Shown here: piece after piece, positions 1 through 11,190 of the stretch | Layout of the letters: each line of letters begins with the position of its first letter | Position numbering within the stretch: position 1 is the first letter of the stretch | Source of the DNA: Chiloscyllium plagiosum | Lineage: Eukaryota | NCBI RefSeq assembly: GCF_004010195.1 | Contig: NC_057756.1 | Location: forward strand, 3,690,785 to 3,754,784 | Reading direction: 5' to 3' | Length of the DNA: 64,000 nucleotides | Notes under the pieces: generated by a model | Told to the model about the DNA's origin: nothing | What the model saw: the letters and a program-made list of their open reading frames with translations, nothing else | Databases searched by the model: none | Program-made: the position numbers and the translations under genes

Positions 1-2920
1 ACTCAGTCCCTCTATAAATAAAAGCTAACACATTGTTTGCCTTCTTAACAAACCGATACATCTGGGCAGAAATTTTCAAGGATCTATGTGCATAGACAGC
101 ATGATATCTCTGTTCATCTACAGTATCATGAATCTTACCATTCATCCATTATTCCACATTCTTCTTACTCCGTCGAAAGTGAATCACATCACACTTTTCA
201 TAATGAAAATCCATTTGCAACCTCTCAGCCCAGCTCTGCAGCTTCTCTTTATCTTTCTGCATCCAAGAAAATTATTCGTCACGATCCACAATTCCATCGA
301 ACTTTGTGTCTTCTGCAAATTTACTAACCCATCCTTTATGCTCTCATCCAGGGTATCTATAGAATTTGGAAACAACAGTGGTCACAGAACAGATGCTTGC
401 GGTACCCACTAGTAACTGAATGCAGATTAAATATTTCCCATCAAACACTACCCTCTGTATTCTTTCAGTTCGCCACTTTCTGTTCCAAACAGCAAATCGC
501 CCGCAACCCCATGTCTCCGTACTTTGTACAATACCCGAATGTGGAGAACCTTATCAAACGCTAGACTGACATCCATGAACAACACATCAACGCTTTACCC
601 TCATCCACCTGTTTGGTCACCTTCTGAAAGAACTCGATAAGATTTGTGAGGCACAGCCTAACCTTCACCATACCTTGTTGACTATCTCTCATCGACTTAT
701 TCCTTTCTCAATAGTTAAAACTCCTCTTCCATTTAGCCCTTTGCAACTCTTTACCCACAACTGAAGTAAGGCACAATGCTCTCTAATTTCCAGGATTGTC
801 TCTTCTCCCCTTCTTGAAGAAGGGAACAATATTTGCTCTACCACAATCTTCTGGCACCTTTCCTATCGACAATGAGAACATAAAGATCAAAGCCAAAGGC
901 TCGGCAATCGCTTCCCTGGCTTCTCTGGCATCCAAGGCTAAATCTCATCAGGCCCAAGGGACTTATCTGTTCTTACTCTTTCCAGAATTGCTAACACCTC
1001 CTCCTTGCGCACTTGCATCCCAACGAATTGAGTAGCCTTTACTTCAATATTCTGCTCGACAACGTTTTCTTTCTATTTTTTAGTGTGAATACTGACGAAA
1101 ACAGTTATTTAACGCTTTCTATCTCCTCTGACTCAACGCAAAACTTCCAACAGCTATTCTTGACTGGCTCTATTACTGAATAGTGGTCACTATCATCAAA
1201 GTGCTCACCTAGCCCCAAATCCAACAGCTGACCTGTTTTGTTACAAAATGCCAGCCCTCATGTGGCCTCGGACCTTGTTGGTCTATGTACATACTATATC
1301 AGGAAAACCTATTTCACACATTGGACAAAAAAACCGGACCCATATAAAATACTTGAACTACAGTATTCCCTGTCAACATTTGGAAGGTTAAAGACACACA
1401 AAACAACTGCCCTGTCACTGTCGCTCCAATCAAGGGTCATCCTTGTTATCTTACGCTCTACATCTCTGGAACTATTTGGAAGCTGATAGAACTGTCTCAA
1501 TACGTAGCCTCTCCTTTCCTGTTTCTAACCTCAGCCCATGCAACCTCAGTAGAAGAGTCCTCAAACGTCCTTTCTACAACTGTAATACAGTTCTTGACTA
1601 ACAGTGGCATACTAATTCCTATTTTACCATTTTTTTCTGTTCTTGCTGAAACATTTAAATCCCAGAACCTGCAAGGACTATTCCTGGCCCTGCTGTAGCC
1701 ATGTCTATGAAAAAGCCACAGCATCGAATCTCCAGGTGCCAACCCATGTTGCAAGTTCAGAAACCTTAGTCCAGATGCACCTGGCGTTGAATAGACACAC
1801 TGCAAACCAATTTCGTTTTTGCCAATGCCTTCTTGCAATCAAGAAATCCTAGTTCTGACTTCATTATTCTCAACATCCCATACACTCGAACTACAGTTTC
1901 AGTTCCCACTCCCCTGGTCAATTAGCTTAAACCCACCCGAAAACTATTCCCAAATTTCTCCACCAAGCCCTCCAGGTTGTTGGTAGACCGCCAGTTCATC
2001 CTGTTTGTAGAAATCCCACCTCCCCCAATAAGACCCCAAATTTTCCAGGAATTCAAAACTCTCCATCCTGCATCAGCCCTATAGCCACGTGTTGAACTCC
2101 TCTATTTCCCTAATCGTCACTGGCGAGCATGAAGCACAGGCAACCAACCAATGATAACAGCGCTATTTGTTCGAGCAGTAAGTTACCATCCAAGCTCCCT
2201 GAATTTCTGCCTTAAACCCCCAACTTTCTTCCTAACAATGTCGTTGGTGCCGAGGTGGACCACAACTTGGTGATACTCCCTCTCCCCCCTTCCTTCCCTC
2301 TCAAAGATACCGAAAACACGATCAAAACACGAACCCTGACACCTGGGAGGCAACACACCAAAGGTGAGTATCACTTGTTCTCACAGAACATGCGATCTTT
2401 CCCCGTAACTATGGAGTCCCCAACGATTAAGGCTCTGCTCCTAATCCCACTTTCCTTCTGAGCAACACGAACAGATTCTCTGCCAGAGACCTGTGCCCTG
2501 TTGCTTACCCCTGGGAAGCCATCCCCCCAACAGTATCCAAAACGGTATACTTATTGTTGAGAGGAACGGCCACAGGGGATCCCTGCACCACCTCTCTGTT
2601 CCCTTTCTGTCGCCTGATGGTCACCCATCTCCCTTCTTATTTTACCTGTGGAGTGACTTCCTCCATGTACGTCCTCTCGGTAACCCCCTCCGACTTCTGA
2701 ATGATCCAAATTTCATTCAACTCCAACTCCAGTTCCCTCACGCAGTTTTCGAGGAGCTGGAATTGGATGCACTTTGCACAGATACAGTAAGCAGGGACAC
2801 TGCTCGTGACCCTTAACTATCACAAACTGCAGAAGGAGAATTTCACGGCCCTAACCTTCATTTCCACTTTTCTAAATTCCGAACGAGACTACTGAAAAAC
2901 GAAAAAAAAAGCTAGATACT
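1..2920 (-). mobile_element. Decayed CR1 (HER1-like) LINE: 5' end, ORF1 (SGNH esterase) and ORF2 (APE endonuclease plus RT), running off the left edge of the window
   Basis: Minus-strand translations give the ORF1 N-terminus (C..C..LLENCVRELELEL, ATG near 2861) and the esterase block VVVHLGTNDI (2183-2374). The endonuclease motif VAWAEVRNRKGE lies in 1497-1838 and RT remnants (VPQASVL, LFPNSIDTLDE) at 180-900. Many stops and frameshifts. Confidence 0.9.
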
Positions 2921-2924
2921 GATA

Positions 2925-4020
2925 TCTAGGTTTTCCCTTTTCACGTGAGGATTTCTCTTTTCCCCAATTTCTGTTCATCTTGGATTCAAATAGATGGTGG
3001 GAGCAAGCTTTGATTTATGACAATCTCATGATTATCAACAATTTCAGTTGCTAAACTCGTCATGTTTACTCGCTGCTTTTCTAAATTAGTTCTCACCACA
3101 TTAGGAAATGATTTTTTGAAATCTTCCAAAATAATCTTTTCTTTAAGAGTGTCGTAGGTCTGATCTATTTTTAACAGTTTGCAATCTGTCAAAATTATTT
3201 TGTTTGACCTTTTCAAACTCAACGCATGTTTGACCAGCTGCCCTCTTTCAACTGCTGAAACGATTACTGTAGGTTTCTTGTACAATCTCATCGGAATGAC
3301 TGTGGCTTTATTCACCATAACGTATTCACCAGACACCTCGCATGATAGCGATGCAAATACGTCACTCTCTGAATCTACAAGCTCAGTTTGGATCAACAAA
3401 ACCTGTAAGGTTAATTGCCACGTAAGTTATTTAGCCAGCTTCTTAATTGCGATGAAAGTTGCGTTTACATCATTCTCAAGAAATTTAGGCAACACTTGTA
3501 TTTATTTATGCAAACTCCCAGCAATCCTTTGACTATGATGGCTTTGCTCATCCACACTATCATTTTCACGAAGCTTAGCTTCTGCCTTCAACGTCATCCT
3601 TTCAAACCAACTTTCCTTGCTATATGCTAATTTGTGAAGTTCCTTTCTCCTCTCTTTTTTTTTGTTTTCCTAGAATTATTCTGTCCTTTCTGTTTGGTCT
3701 GATTTTAATCGGGATTCAAAATTTGCACTTGTTTTCCTCTTCTTTTTTCTTTTGTCTCTAACTGAAGCTGCTTTATTTTCAATTGAATTGTAGCCTTTTC
3801 CGAAGACTGTGAAGGCGTTTCCAGAAAATTGTATGTTGAGCAATTCCTGTAATGATCTATCATTTTCTCACAGATGAAGGAAGTCCAAACTTCAGTTTTT
3901 GTGCTAATTGTAGCAGTGTTGTGTTGTTTACCTTTTCTAAAGTCAATTCTAAATTGCAATTCTTCCACCCACAGAAAACTCTTAGTGACTGATAGAGCCA
4001 TTATTCCATTCCACATTGCA
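2925..4020 (-). mobile_element. Gmr1-like Gypsy LTR retrotransposon, gag remnant (SCAN-like capsid domain)
   Basis: Gag start MALSVTKSFL at 4001, then an E/K-rich coiled coil, then YDTLKEKIILEDFKKSFPNVVRTNLE (2986-3399). This is homologous to the gag at 53304-53639. The 5' leader continues at 6148-6310 beyond the hAT insertion. Confidence 0.8.
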
Positions 4021-6147
4021 TTTTACGGCACGTGGGCCCTTTGCTCATTCCTGTACGGCCCGCATGAGGTCAATGTTAAATTTAAACATAAATGAAAAAT
4101 ATTTATACCATGCACGCAATACAACTGAGTTGCTTTTGATCTGAAAAGAATGTTTTTTTTTTATTTACATATGGATGCACATGTGCGCGTATGTGTGTTC
4201 GCCAAAAGTGATGCTTTCTGGATAGCCCTCAAAATGTCAGCTCAAGCAAAGATAAGTTATGTCATATCCCACAAAATCGCTAGAAACAGTAAACCGTTGC
4301 CTGATGGAGAGTTGATTAAGGAGTGTTCGTTTGACTCTGTAGAACTGATATGCCTTGAGAAAAAGGAAGCATTTGAGAATGTGCCCCTCTCCCGATGCAC
4401 TGTAACGAGAAGGAGTGGGGACATCGCGAGAATTCTGGAGCTTCAGCTGCAGCACAGAGCGATCAACTTTGTCCTTCTTTCCTTGGATTTGAATGAGAGC
4501 TGTGATGTACGTGACACAGCCCAGCTACTCATCTTCGTACGTGGGATAACTACGGACTTTGAAATCACGGACGAGCTGGCAGCCATGCAGTCAATTAAAG
4601 GAACAACAGCTGGCAATGATTTGTTCACGGAGGTAAATACGTGTTTGGACACGTTGGGACTAAAACGGGACAAGCTGGCGGGTGTGACAACGGATGGTTG
4701 TCCAAATCTAACGGGAAAAAATGTTGGACTCTTAAAGAGAATGCAGGATAACGTGACAGAAATTGACCCTGAAGAGAAATTGGTATTTTTGCATTGTATT
4801 ATACATCAGGAAGGATGTAAGTTAGTGTTAAAAATTAACGATGTAGTTGATGTTTTAACTAAAATAGTTAACTTCATCAGGGCAAGAACTTTGAATCACA
4901 GGCAGTTTGTTGCACTTTTGGAGGAAAATGGGACTGAACATCGTGACATAGGCTACCACACAGCTGTCAGGTGGCTCATCCTGGGCAAAATGCTGAAAAG
5001 TGTGTGGGATCTGAGAGAAGAGATTCAAGATTTCTGTGTGAAACAAGGGAATGGTATTCCAAAGCTTTCAGATGCAGACCGGATTGCAGACCTTGTTTTT
5101 ACTGTTGATGTGACTGCACTTATGAATGAACTAAATGTGAAACTGCAGTGCAAGGGCCTTTTTGTGCATGAAATATACAACTTGGTGAAGGCGTTTATGT
5201 GAAAGTTGCAGCTTCTCTCAATCCAAATGGAGGATAACATTCTCACCCATTTGCCAACTCTGAAGGAAGCCCTAACTTCAGCTGATCACCGCCACAGGTA
5301 CTCATCTATGTTAGAAGCACTGCATGATGAATTTTCAAGGCGATGTCAAGACTTTAAAACGCTTGAGAATGAAATGCACATGTTTTTTTTTTCCCCACTT
5401 ACGTGCAATGTCCAGAATGCACCTAGTGGTGTTCAGCTTGAAATCATTGACCTGCAGTCTGACACACGCCTGGCATAGTACTTTCGGTCAGTTTCACTGC
5501 TTGATTTTTACCCTTCCCTCAAAGAGGAGAACTTTCCACACATAAGGAGGCGTACTCAGAAGATTCTAGTCCTCCTTGGTTTTACCGATATATGTGAATA
5601 GATATTCTCAGTGATGAAGTTCAACAAATCCAAATGCAGATCCTTTATCACTGATGATCGCCTCTCAGCTGTCTTTCACATATCCACCTCTGACATTCAA
5701 CCAGATTTCAGTGCACTTGTTCAAGCCCAAAATGGACTGGATGTTTCTCACTAAACAAGTAAAATTAACTGCAAATCATCAAAATCACTTATTGCTTTTT
5801 GTATAGAGTTGCTTGTTGTTTCTAATACTGAACAATAATGAAACAACTATTCATTATTGGTTTGTGAGACTAACATGTTAAAAATAAAATGAAATACTGA
5901 AATTATTGTTTTTACAGTTTATTTATTCTATATTTGACCTACTTCAAAATTTCATATCTTTATTGTAACGGAATATCCTTATTCTTTTGATTATAAGTTT
6001 CAGTGCAAAACTATATAATTTAGTACTTTTTACAATGAGAGAAAATTAAATTGAGCAGAATTATGTTCAACTTATTGTTGGTTTGGCACTCCAATACAAT
6101 TCATATTTCTCATGTAGCCCCTTGGGAGAATTAATTGCCCACCCCTA
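4021..6147 (+). mobile_element. hAT DNA transposon, Charlie/Buster (SPIN/GTF2IRD2-like) group, defective
   Basis: The right terminal inverted repeat TTGCCCACCCCTA (6135-6147) matches the Charlie-type CAGGGGTGGGCAA end. Left subterminal motifs TACGGCACGTGGGCC and CGGCCCGC lie at 4024-4063. An internal transposase is present; the left TIR is missing. Confidence 0.88.
4234..5754 (+). pseudogene. hAT transposase pseudogene (GTF2IRD2/SPIN-like), 507 codons in one frame with 3 premature stops
   Basis: Motifs ISHKIARNSKP..DGELIKEC, SLDLNESCD (expected catalytic D reads N), TTDG, HCIIHQE (CxxH), AVRWL and ICE*IFSVMKFNKSKCRS (hAT C-terminal domain). Stops at 5200-5202, 5476-5478 and 5599-5601; terminal TAA at 5752-5754. 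Confidence 0.9.
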
Positions 6148-6311
6148 GCTTAAACCAGTCGAATCAAACACCCAGAACAAAAGTCGACAACACTTCGTTG
6201 TCAGCGCCTTCGATTCCAACAAGCCAATTTCCAAATAGGAACAATGAAATAAATCCGGCTGGGAGCATGCAGTCTCTTTTGGAACAGTGCAGACCTCTGC
6301 AGAACGCTTTA

Positions 6312-6575
6312 AACCTGGCTCAGTGGTTAGTGCTGCTGTTTCATATTGTCAAGATCCCGCGTTCGATGTCTGCCTCTGGTGACTGTATGCAGTTTACACA
6401 TTCACTGCGAATGGTTCCTCCCACAGTCAAAGGATGTAAATGTTAAATAAATTGCCCAATGTGTTAGGTGCATTAGTCAGTGTTAAGTGTAAGGGTGAGG
6501 GAATGTCTCTGGGTGAGTTGCTGTTTCGGTCTGGATGGGCTGGGCCAATTGGCCTATTACCTTTCTATAGGGAAT
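6312..6575 (+). mobile_element. V-SINE (HE1-like, tRNA-derived), internally deleted
   Basis: A box TGGCTCAGTGG and B box GTTCGATGTC, partial V-domain (GCAGTTTACACATTC..CCTCCCACAGTCAAAGGATGT), and a CR1-derived 3' end. The CTAATC tail resumes at about 8248, after the CR1 insertion. Confidence 0.8.
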
Positions 6576-8247
6576 AGAACATAGGACATAGAACAATACA
6601 GCACAGAACAGGCCCTTCGGCCCACGATGTTGTGCCAAACATTTGTCCTCGCTTAAGCACCCATTCATGTACCTATCCAATTGCCGCTTAAAGGTCACCA
6701 AAGATTCTGACTCTACCACTCCCAGAGGCAGCGAATTCCATGCCCCCACCACTCTCTGGGTAAAGAACCCACACCTGACATCTCCCCTATACCTTTCACC
6801 CTTCACCTTAAATTTATGTCCCCTTGTAACAATCTGTTGCACCCGGGGAAAAAAGTTTCTGACTGTCTACTCTATCTGTTCCTCTGATCATCTTATAAAC
6901 CTCTATCAAGTCACCCCTCATCCTTCGCCGTTCCAACGAGAAAAGACCGAGAACTCTCAACCTATCCTCGTACGACCTATTCTCCATTCCAGACAACATC
7001 CTGGTAAATCTTCTCTGCACCCTCTCAAAAGCTTCCACATCTTTCCTAAAGTGAGGCGACCAGAACTGCACACAGTACACCAATTATACCTTCCACCCTT
7101 CACCTTAAATTTATGTCCCCTTGTAACACTCTGTTGTACCCGGGGAAAAAGTTTCTGACTGTCTACTCTATCTATTCCTCTGATCATCTTATAAGCCTCT
7201 ATCAAGTCACCCCTCATCCTTCGCCGTTCCAACGAGAAATTGCCTAGCACTCTCAACCTATCCTCGTACTACCTATTCTCCATTCCAGGCAACATCCTGG
7301 TAAATCTTCTCTGCACTCTCTCCAAAGCTTCCACATCTTTCCTAAAGTGAGGCGACCAGAACTGCACACAGTGTGGCCTAACCAAAGTCCTGTACAGTTG
7401 CGACATCACTTCACGACTCTTGAATTCAATCTCTCTGCTAATGAACGCTAATACACTATAGGCCTTCTTACAAGCTCTATCCACCTGTGGCAACTTTCAA
7501 AGATCTATGAACATAGACCCCAATATCCCTCTGTTCCTCCACCTCACTAAGAATCCTACCGTTAACCCTGTATTCCGCATTCTTATTTGTCTTTCCAAAA
7601 TGGACAACCTCACACTTGGCAGGGTTGAACTCCATCTGCCACTCCTCAGCCCAGCTCTGCATCATATCTAAGTCTCTTTGCAGGGACAACAGCCCTCCTC
7701 ACTATCCACAATTCCACCAATCTTCGTATCATCTGAAAATTTCCTGACCCACCCTTCGACTCCCTCATCCAAGCGATTAATAAAAATTACAAACAGCAGA
7801 GGACCCGGAACTGATCCCTACGGAACTCCACTTGTAACTGGGCTCCAGGCTGAGTATTTGCCATCTACCACCACTCTCTGTCTTCGACCAGTTAGCCAGT
7901 TTTCTATCCAATTGGCCAAATGTCCCTCTATCCCATGGCTCCTGACTTTCCGCATAAGCCTACCATGGGGAACATATTAAATGCATTACTAAAATACATG
8001 TATACTACATCCACTGCTCTACCCTCATCCACATGCTTGGTCACCTCCTAAAAGAATTCAATAAGACTTGTAAGGCAAGACCTACCCTTCACAAATCCGT
8101 GCTGGCTGTCCCTAATCAAGCAGTGTCTTTCCAGATACTCATAAATCCTATCCTTCAGCACACTTTCCATTCCTTTGCCTACCGCTGAAGTAAGACTAAC
8201 TGGCCTGTAATTCCCGGGGTTATCCCTATTCCCTTTTTTGAACAGAT
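6576..8247 (-). mobile_element. 5'-truncated CR1 LINE (RT C-terminal half plus 3' UTR), inserted in the SINE tail
   Basis: (TTCTATG)n tail on the minus strand at 6576-6594. Translations CVQFWSPHFRKDVEALERVQRRFTRML, WQMEFNPAKCEVVHFG and FFTQRVVGAWNSLP. Confidence 0.93.
6789..7372. repeat. Tandem duplication of about 290 bp inside the CR1 3' region
   Basis: The block ATACCT..CACCCTTCACCTTAAATTTATGTCCCCTTGTAAC...GAGGCGACCAGAACTGCACACAGT occurs at about 6789-7076 and 7086-7372, with a modest number of substitutions. Confidence 0.9.
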
Positions 8248-8249
8248 CT

Positions 8250-8853
8250 AATCAAAGAACGCAGACCAGACACTGACTTTATTAAATTTTAAGGCGGATT
8301 TATACTTGACATTCCAGGAGTGATGCGCCTGGTCAAACTACTTGTCTTTAAGCAGAACAGAACTTACTTACAATGTAAGTCTGAAATGCAAACAAACTAA
8401 AGAAGAATTTAGAATAACCTGACTTAATTGAAAATTCAGTCGACTCTATCGCAACTTAACAAACATGTTGCAACTTTCACAGCATTCCACAAACGCCCCG
8501 CTTGGCAATTGAAAATTCAAACATAGTTTCATACAGGCAGGAGATGCTTCAGAGGGACAGATCAGGCAAACCACTGTTGAAGCATGAAACATCTTTTCAA
8601 TGTAGGTACTTCTCTGCTACCAGTAACCTTTAACTCCCGAAGAAAACTAAACCAAATTAGATTTTAAAAACAAAACTGAACTGGCCAGTCCCCTTTCGTT
8701 GTGCAATTGTGTTTAAAAAACCCTAAAGGCCTCCTCTGAGTTTTCTCTTTGTCAGTGTCTTTTACTCATTTCTTAACCATTGTCTTTACAACCCATCTTG
8801 AATAAATACAAAAAAGGATAACATAAAGTTACTGAAGAAATAGCATTATCACA
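8250..8853 (-). mobile_element. 5' LTR (distal part) of the Gypsy element whose gag lies at 2925-4020
   Basis: Ends in ...TTATCACA (TG start on the element strand) and lies upstream of the leader, a PBS-like TCCGGCTGGGAGC (about 6254-6266) and gag on the minus strand. AT-rich non-coding composition. Confidence 0.55.
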
Positions 8854-9709
8854 ATACGAGCCTTTAAAGTAAGAAAAAAACGATTTGCCTGCATTCCTTT
8901 TTATTCCCGTGTCTCTGCTGGTGCATGTCAACATTGACGATGTTTTAGTCCTAGACAACGATTGCGTTATTTTTAAACATCTCATAACGTTGCCCACAAA
9001 TCTATTCTGCAGTTCATCTCTATTATTTATAGCATGGATAGGACATTCCCAGAAATCTTTTATTTTTCTTTTTGAAGCATTATTTTTTGTATGAGGGACT
9101 TCCTCAATTGCCACTCCTACATTCCAATTTATTTGTTTCCCTGACAGTTGTTGCGACTATTCCTGATGTATTGCCTCGTTCGTTGTCTTGCCTGAATTTC
9201 TCACATACTGAAATAACTTTTTGTCAATTTTCCCTCACTCACCACGATCACTCCTTCCAAAAGTGACATGAAATATTCTGTTAAAATACGTGCCCTCGTC
9301 TCATCTATCTTGTTTCCCACATTCTGTGCATTAAGTAACATGCAACCTTGTCAATTTTCCATGTATCTTTACAGGCCTAAAGTTTCTAGGCCTTCCTGCT
9401 TCAATTGACAACCCTTCTAAGTTTAGTGATGCAACTGCCATTTTTGAATTGTTTTCAGGACCTCACGTAAGACAAGCTTTCTCGACGTAATTAAAATGCT
9501 ATGCAATAACTTTTTATCATGTGTTGCAATATTGGTGCAGCAGATGAAAATTGAGATAATTGTTACAATCCTGCAATCAAAGATAGATTGATCTTACTCT
9601 CAGAGTTCACCGCAAATGGAGTGAGGTAACATCACGCATGATGCCTAATGTGGTAGAGTATTGTGATTTACTAAAGTGTGATATCAAACATCAATTTTTG
9701 ATATCACAC

Positions 9710-11190
9710 CAGGAATAAAAGAATGACTAGGGTAGGAATAGGTCCAGTCAAGGATAGTAGTGGGAAGTTGCGTGTGGAGGCTGAAGAGATTGGGGAGACA
9801 TTGAATGAATATTTTTCGTGAGTATTCAATCAGGAACAGGGCATTGTTGTCAATGTGAGCACTGAATCACAATTAAGTAGAATGGATGGCTTTGAGGTAT
9901 GTAGAGAAGAGGTGTTGGAAATTCTGGAAAGGGTGAAAATAGATAAAAAAGTAATCTAATCTAATCTAATCTTGATAAGTCCCCTGGGCCTGATGGCATT
10001 TATCCTAGGATTCTCTGGGAAGCAAGGGAGGAGATTGCAGAGCCATTGGCCTTGATTTTTATGTCCTCGTTGTCTACAGGAGCAGTGCCAGAAGACTGGA
10101 GGCGAGCAAATGTGGTTCCCTTGTTCAAGAAGGGGAGTAGGGATAACCCTAGTAACTATAGGCCGGCGAGTCGCACTTCTGTTGTGGGCAAAGTCTTAGA
10201 GAGAATTGTAAGGGATAGGATTTATGCACATCTGGATAGGAATAATGTGATCAAGGATAGTCAGCATGGTTTTGTGAAGGGCAGGTCATGCCTCACAAAC
10301 CTTATTGAATTCTTTGAAAACGTGACGAAAGAGATTGATGAAGGGAAAGCGGTAGATGTGGTATATATGGATTTTAGTAAGGCGTTTGATAAGGTACCCC
10401 ATGGTAGACTACTGCAAAAAATACAGAGGTATGACATTGAGGGTGAGTTGGAGGTTTGGATTAGGAATTGGCGGGATGGAAGAAGACAGAGGGTAGTAGT
10501 TGATGGCAAAGGCTCATCTTGGAGTGCCGTCACTAGCGGTGTTCCGCAAGGATCTGTTTTGGGACCATTGCTGTTTGTCATTTTTATAAATGACCTGGAA
10601 GAGGGGTTAGAAGGATGGGTGAGCAAGTTTGCGGATGATACGAAAGTCCGAGGAGTTGTTGACAGTGAGGAAGGATGTAGCAGGTTACAGCAGGATATAG
10701 AGAAGCTGCAGAGCTGGGCAGAAAGGTGGCAAATGGAATTCAATGTAGCTAAGTGCGAGGTGATTCACTTTGGGAAGAATAACAAAAAGATGGGGTACTG
10801 GGCTAATGGTCGGAGACGTGGTAGTGTGGATGAGCAGAGGGATCTTGGTGTCCATGTACACAGATCTCTGAAAGTTGCCACCCAGGTAAATAGTGCGGTG
10901 AGGAAGGCATATGGCGTACTGGCTTTTATTGGTAGAGGAATTGAGTTCCGGAGCCCTGAGGTCATGATGCAGTTGTATAGGTATAGGACAGATGTTCGGG
11001 GTAGGTTCTTTACTCAGCGAGTCGTGAGTTCATGGAATGCCCTGCCAGTAGCAGTGGTGGACTCTCCCTCATTATGGGCATTTAAGCGGGCATTGGATAG
11101 GCATATGGAGGATAGTGGGCTAATGTAGGTTAGGTGGGCTTGGATCGACGCAACATCGAGGGCCGAAGGGCCTGTACTGCGCTGTATTCT
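9710..11190 (+). mobile_element. 5'-truncated CR1 LINE, relatively young, with an open RT frame (10046-11128)
   Basis: RT motifs [51 protein letters not shown] and FADDTK. 3' UTR GGGCCGAAGGGCCTGTACTGCGCTGTATT. Same subfamily as 28147-32318. Confidence 0.95.

Noticed and set aside
4150..5202. Host gene GTF2IRD2/ZBED/EPM2AIP1-like CDS
   Set aside because: It is intronless, flanked by a hAT TIR, inserted in a Gypsy leader, carries nonsense codons and lacks GTF2I repeats. It is a transposon copy.
10261..10743. Antisense ORFs over CR1 RT (also 31269-31862, 29123-29824, 6643-7158)
   Set aside because: Shadow frames of LINE coding sequence, with no independent evidence.
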